A stretch of DNA of 63,923 nucleotides, filler included, from Welwitschia mirabilis (lineage: Eukaryota): the NCBI GenBank assembly GCA_051453625.1. It is 6 parts of one record of this genome, joined end to end, with 100 filler letters (N's around TTAATTAATTAA, not from the genome) between each part and the next. Parts side by side here need not be neighbours in the genome. Positions count along the whole stretch, not along the records: positions 62,722 to 63,923 come from JBOZIK010000001.1; 5 more parts are not named here. One strand, given 5' to 3'. Every line of letters starts with the position of its first letter. The stretch's first letter is position 1. Under the pieces are notes generated by a model that saw only the letters and a program-made list of their open reading frames with translations, did no database searches and was not told the DNA's origin. Shown in pieces: positions 62,722 through 63,923 of this stretch. A program made the translations under genes and the position numbers.

Positions 62722-63923
62722 TCCTTAGAATTGCACCTAAACTTGTATATAAGTCCTACAAAATAACTCATAAAACCCCATCAAATAACCATAAATTGAC
62801 AGCGTAACATAGCCCCCCACTTAGCCTTTATTAGTCCCTGACAAAATCTAGGCAGAAAAACCATAATTGCAAGCCAATTTAGTTTCCAAAGAATAAATCT
62901 GGAATTTATAAAACACACTCATAAAACACATTACATGGATAGATAACAAGTAATACATAATATGTATGAAAATTTTGAAATGTTAGCTCTAAATTAAGTT
63001 AAAAATTTTTAAAAAATGAGCCATAAAATGGGTCTCTGGCTCCTCCCCCATCCCCCCTCCAAAAAAAGAAGCAATACATCTCATATTGGAAAATAAAGCA
63101 AAGAAAATAGACAGGAGTGAGAAGACTAATAAAAGATAGTGAGAATGAGGATAATTTTCAAAACAAATTGTAAACCTCAGTAATGTCAGATTTGAAAAAT
63201 AGAAAGGTAGGAAATATTTTGACAAGTAAAGAAAAAATGTTTTATCACAAAAATAACATGAGAAGTGCTTTACAACACCAAAAATCTAAAAAATAACATG
63301 AATTTATTGAAAAACACTTATCTAAGAAGCATATTAGTTTTTATTAAAAACTTAATTAGGGAAAACATGCTAAGAAAATACAGTAATGACTTTGAAATAA
63401 CTAACCAAACCACAAAAAAAAACAAAAAGGATGGACATAAGATAATATAAATAAAAGATAGCTCACCAAAATCTAACATTTTAACCTAGCAAATTCCAAG
63501 GAAATAAATCACAACCTCACTTGATGTAAAAAATGCATGACTTAATGTACAAAAGTTCCATTTGATAAGGTAATGATTATGATTCTAGAGTAATATGCTT
63601 TAAAAAATGAATGATTAAACCAAACAATTACTTAAAAATGAAATCTCCTACTGTCATCTCACAACAAACATCCAAATATCAAGAAATAAAATGATCATGT
63701 GTAAAGACTAAGAGTCTAAAACATAAGTAATGCATCTAATAATACCAGGAATACCACTAATCCCATAGCCTTAAATTTTAAATACAACTTTATTATCCAT
63801 GACGAGGGGAGTGCAACCATAGTCAGAGAAGTAAGGACCCATGAAGCATGACCAACTAACCTCCCAGTGAAATTCCCACAGCTACCACATTACACTGCCA
63901 AAGGATCCTCTCCAAAATATTTG
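62722..63923 (-). mobile_element. Athila/Tat-like Gypsy 3' LTR start, PPT and non-coding internal region
   Basis: …gtaaCA (62809, TG on minus) is followed by tagccccccacttagcctttattagtccc, the same architecture as 37453-37490. Confidence 0.5.

Overview
Plant nuclear genomic DNA (angiosperm; AT-rich, CpG/CHG-depleted) from a fragmented assembly. Five 100-nt scaffold joins carry an artificial TTAATTAATTAA six-frame-stop linker, and about 17 N-gaps are flanked by near-identical direct duplications that look like uncollapsed haplotypes. Only one convincing host gene is present: an intronless, signal-peptide-bearing glycine-rich protein on the minus strand (13657-14001), with a TATA box, a 3 x 58-bp tandem repeat in its promoter, and a G-box/ABRE cluster plus a tRNA-like (SINE-like) sequence downstream. 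The rest is nested, decayed transposable elements. These comprise two related Sirevirus-type Ty1/Copia elements (one deleted for integrase/RT but keeping gag, protease and an env-like ORF; the other with integrase/RT and inserted into an Athila gag), several Athila-like and CRM-like Ty3/Gypsy relics, three CACTA relics and one L1 LINE ORF2 relic inside a CACTA transposase. TE assignments come from hand translation and recalled motif consensus, not from database searches. I see no prokaryotic system, CRISPR array or clearly novel multi-gene system. The best leads are the non-autonomous Sirevirus derivative with an apparently self-promoted extra ORF, the GRP regulatory repeats, and an unexplained CpG-retaining island at about 55.6-57.4 kb.
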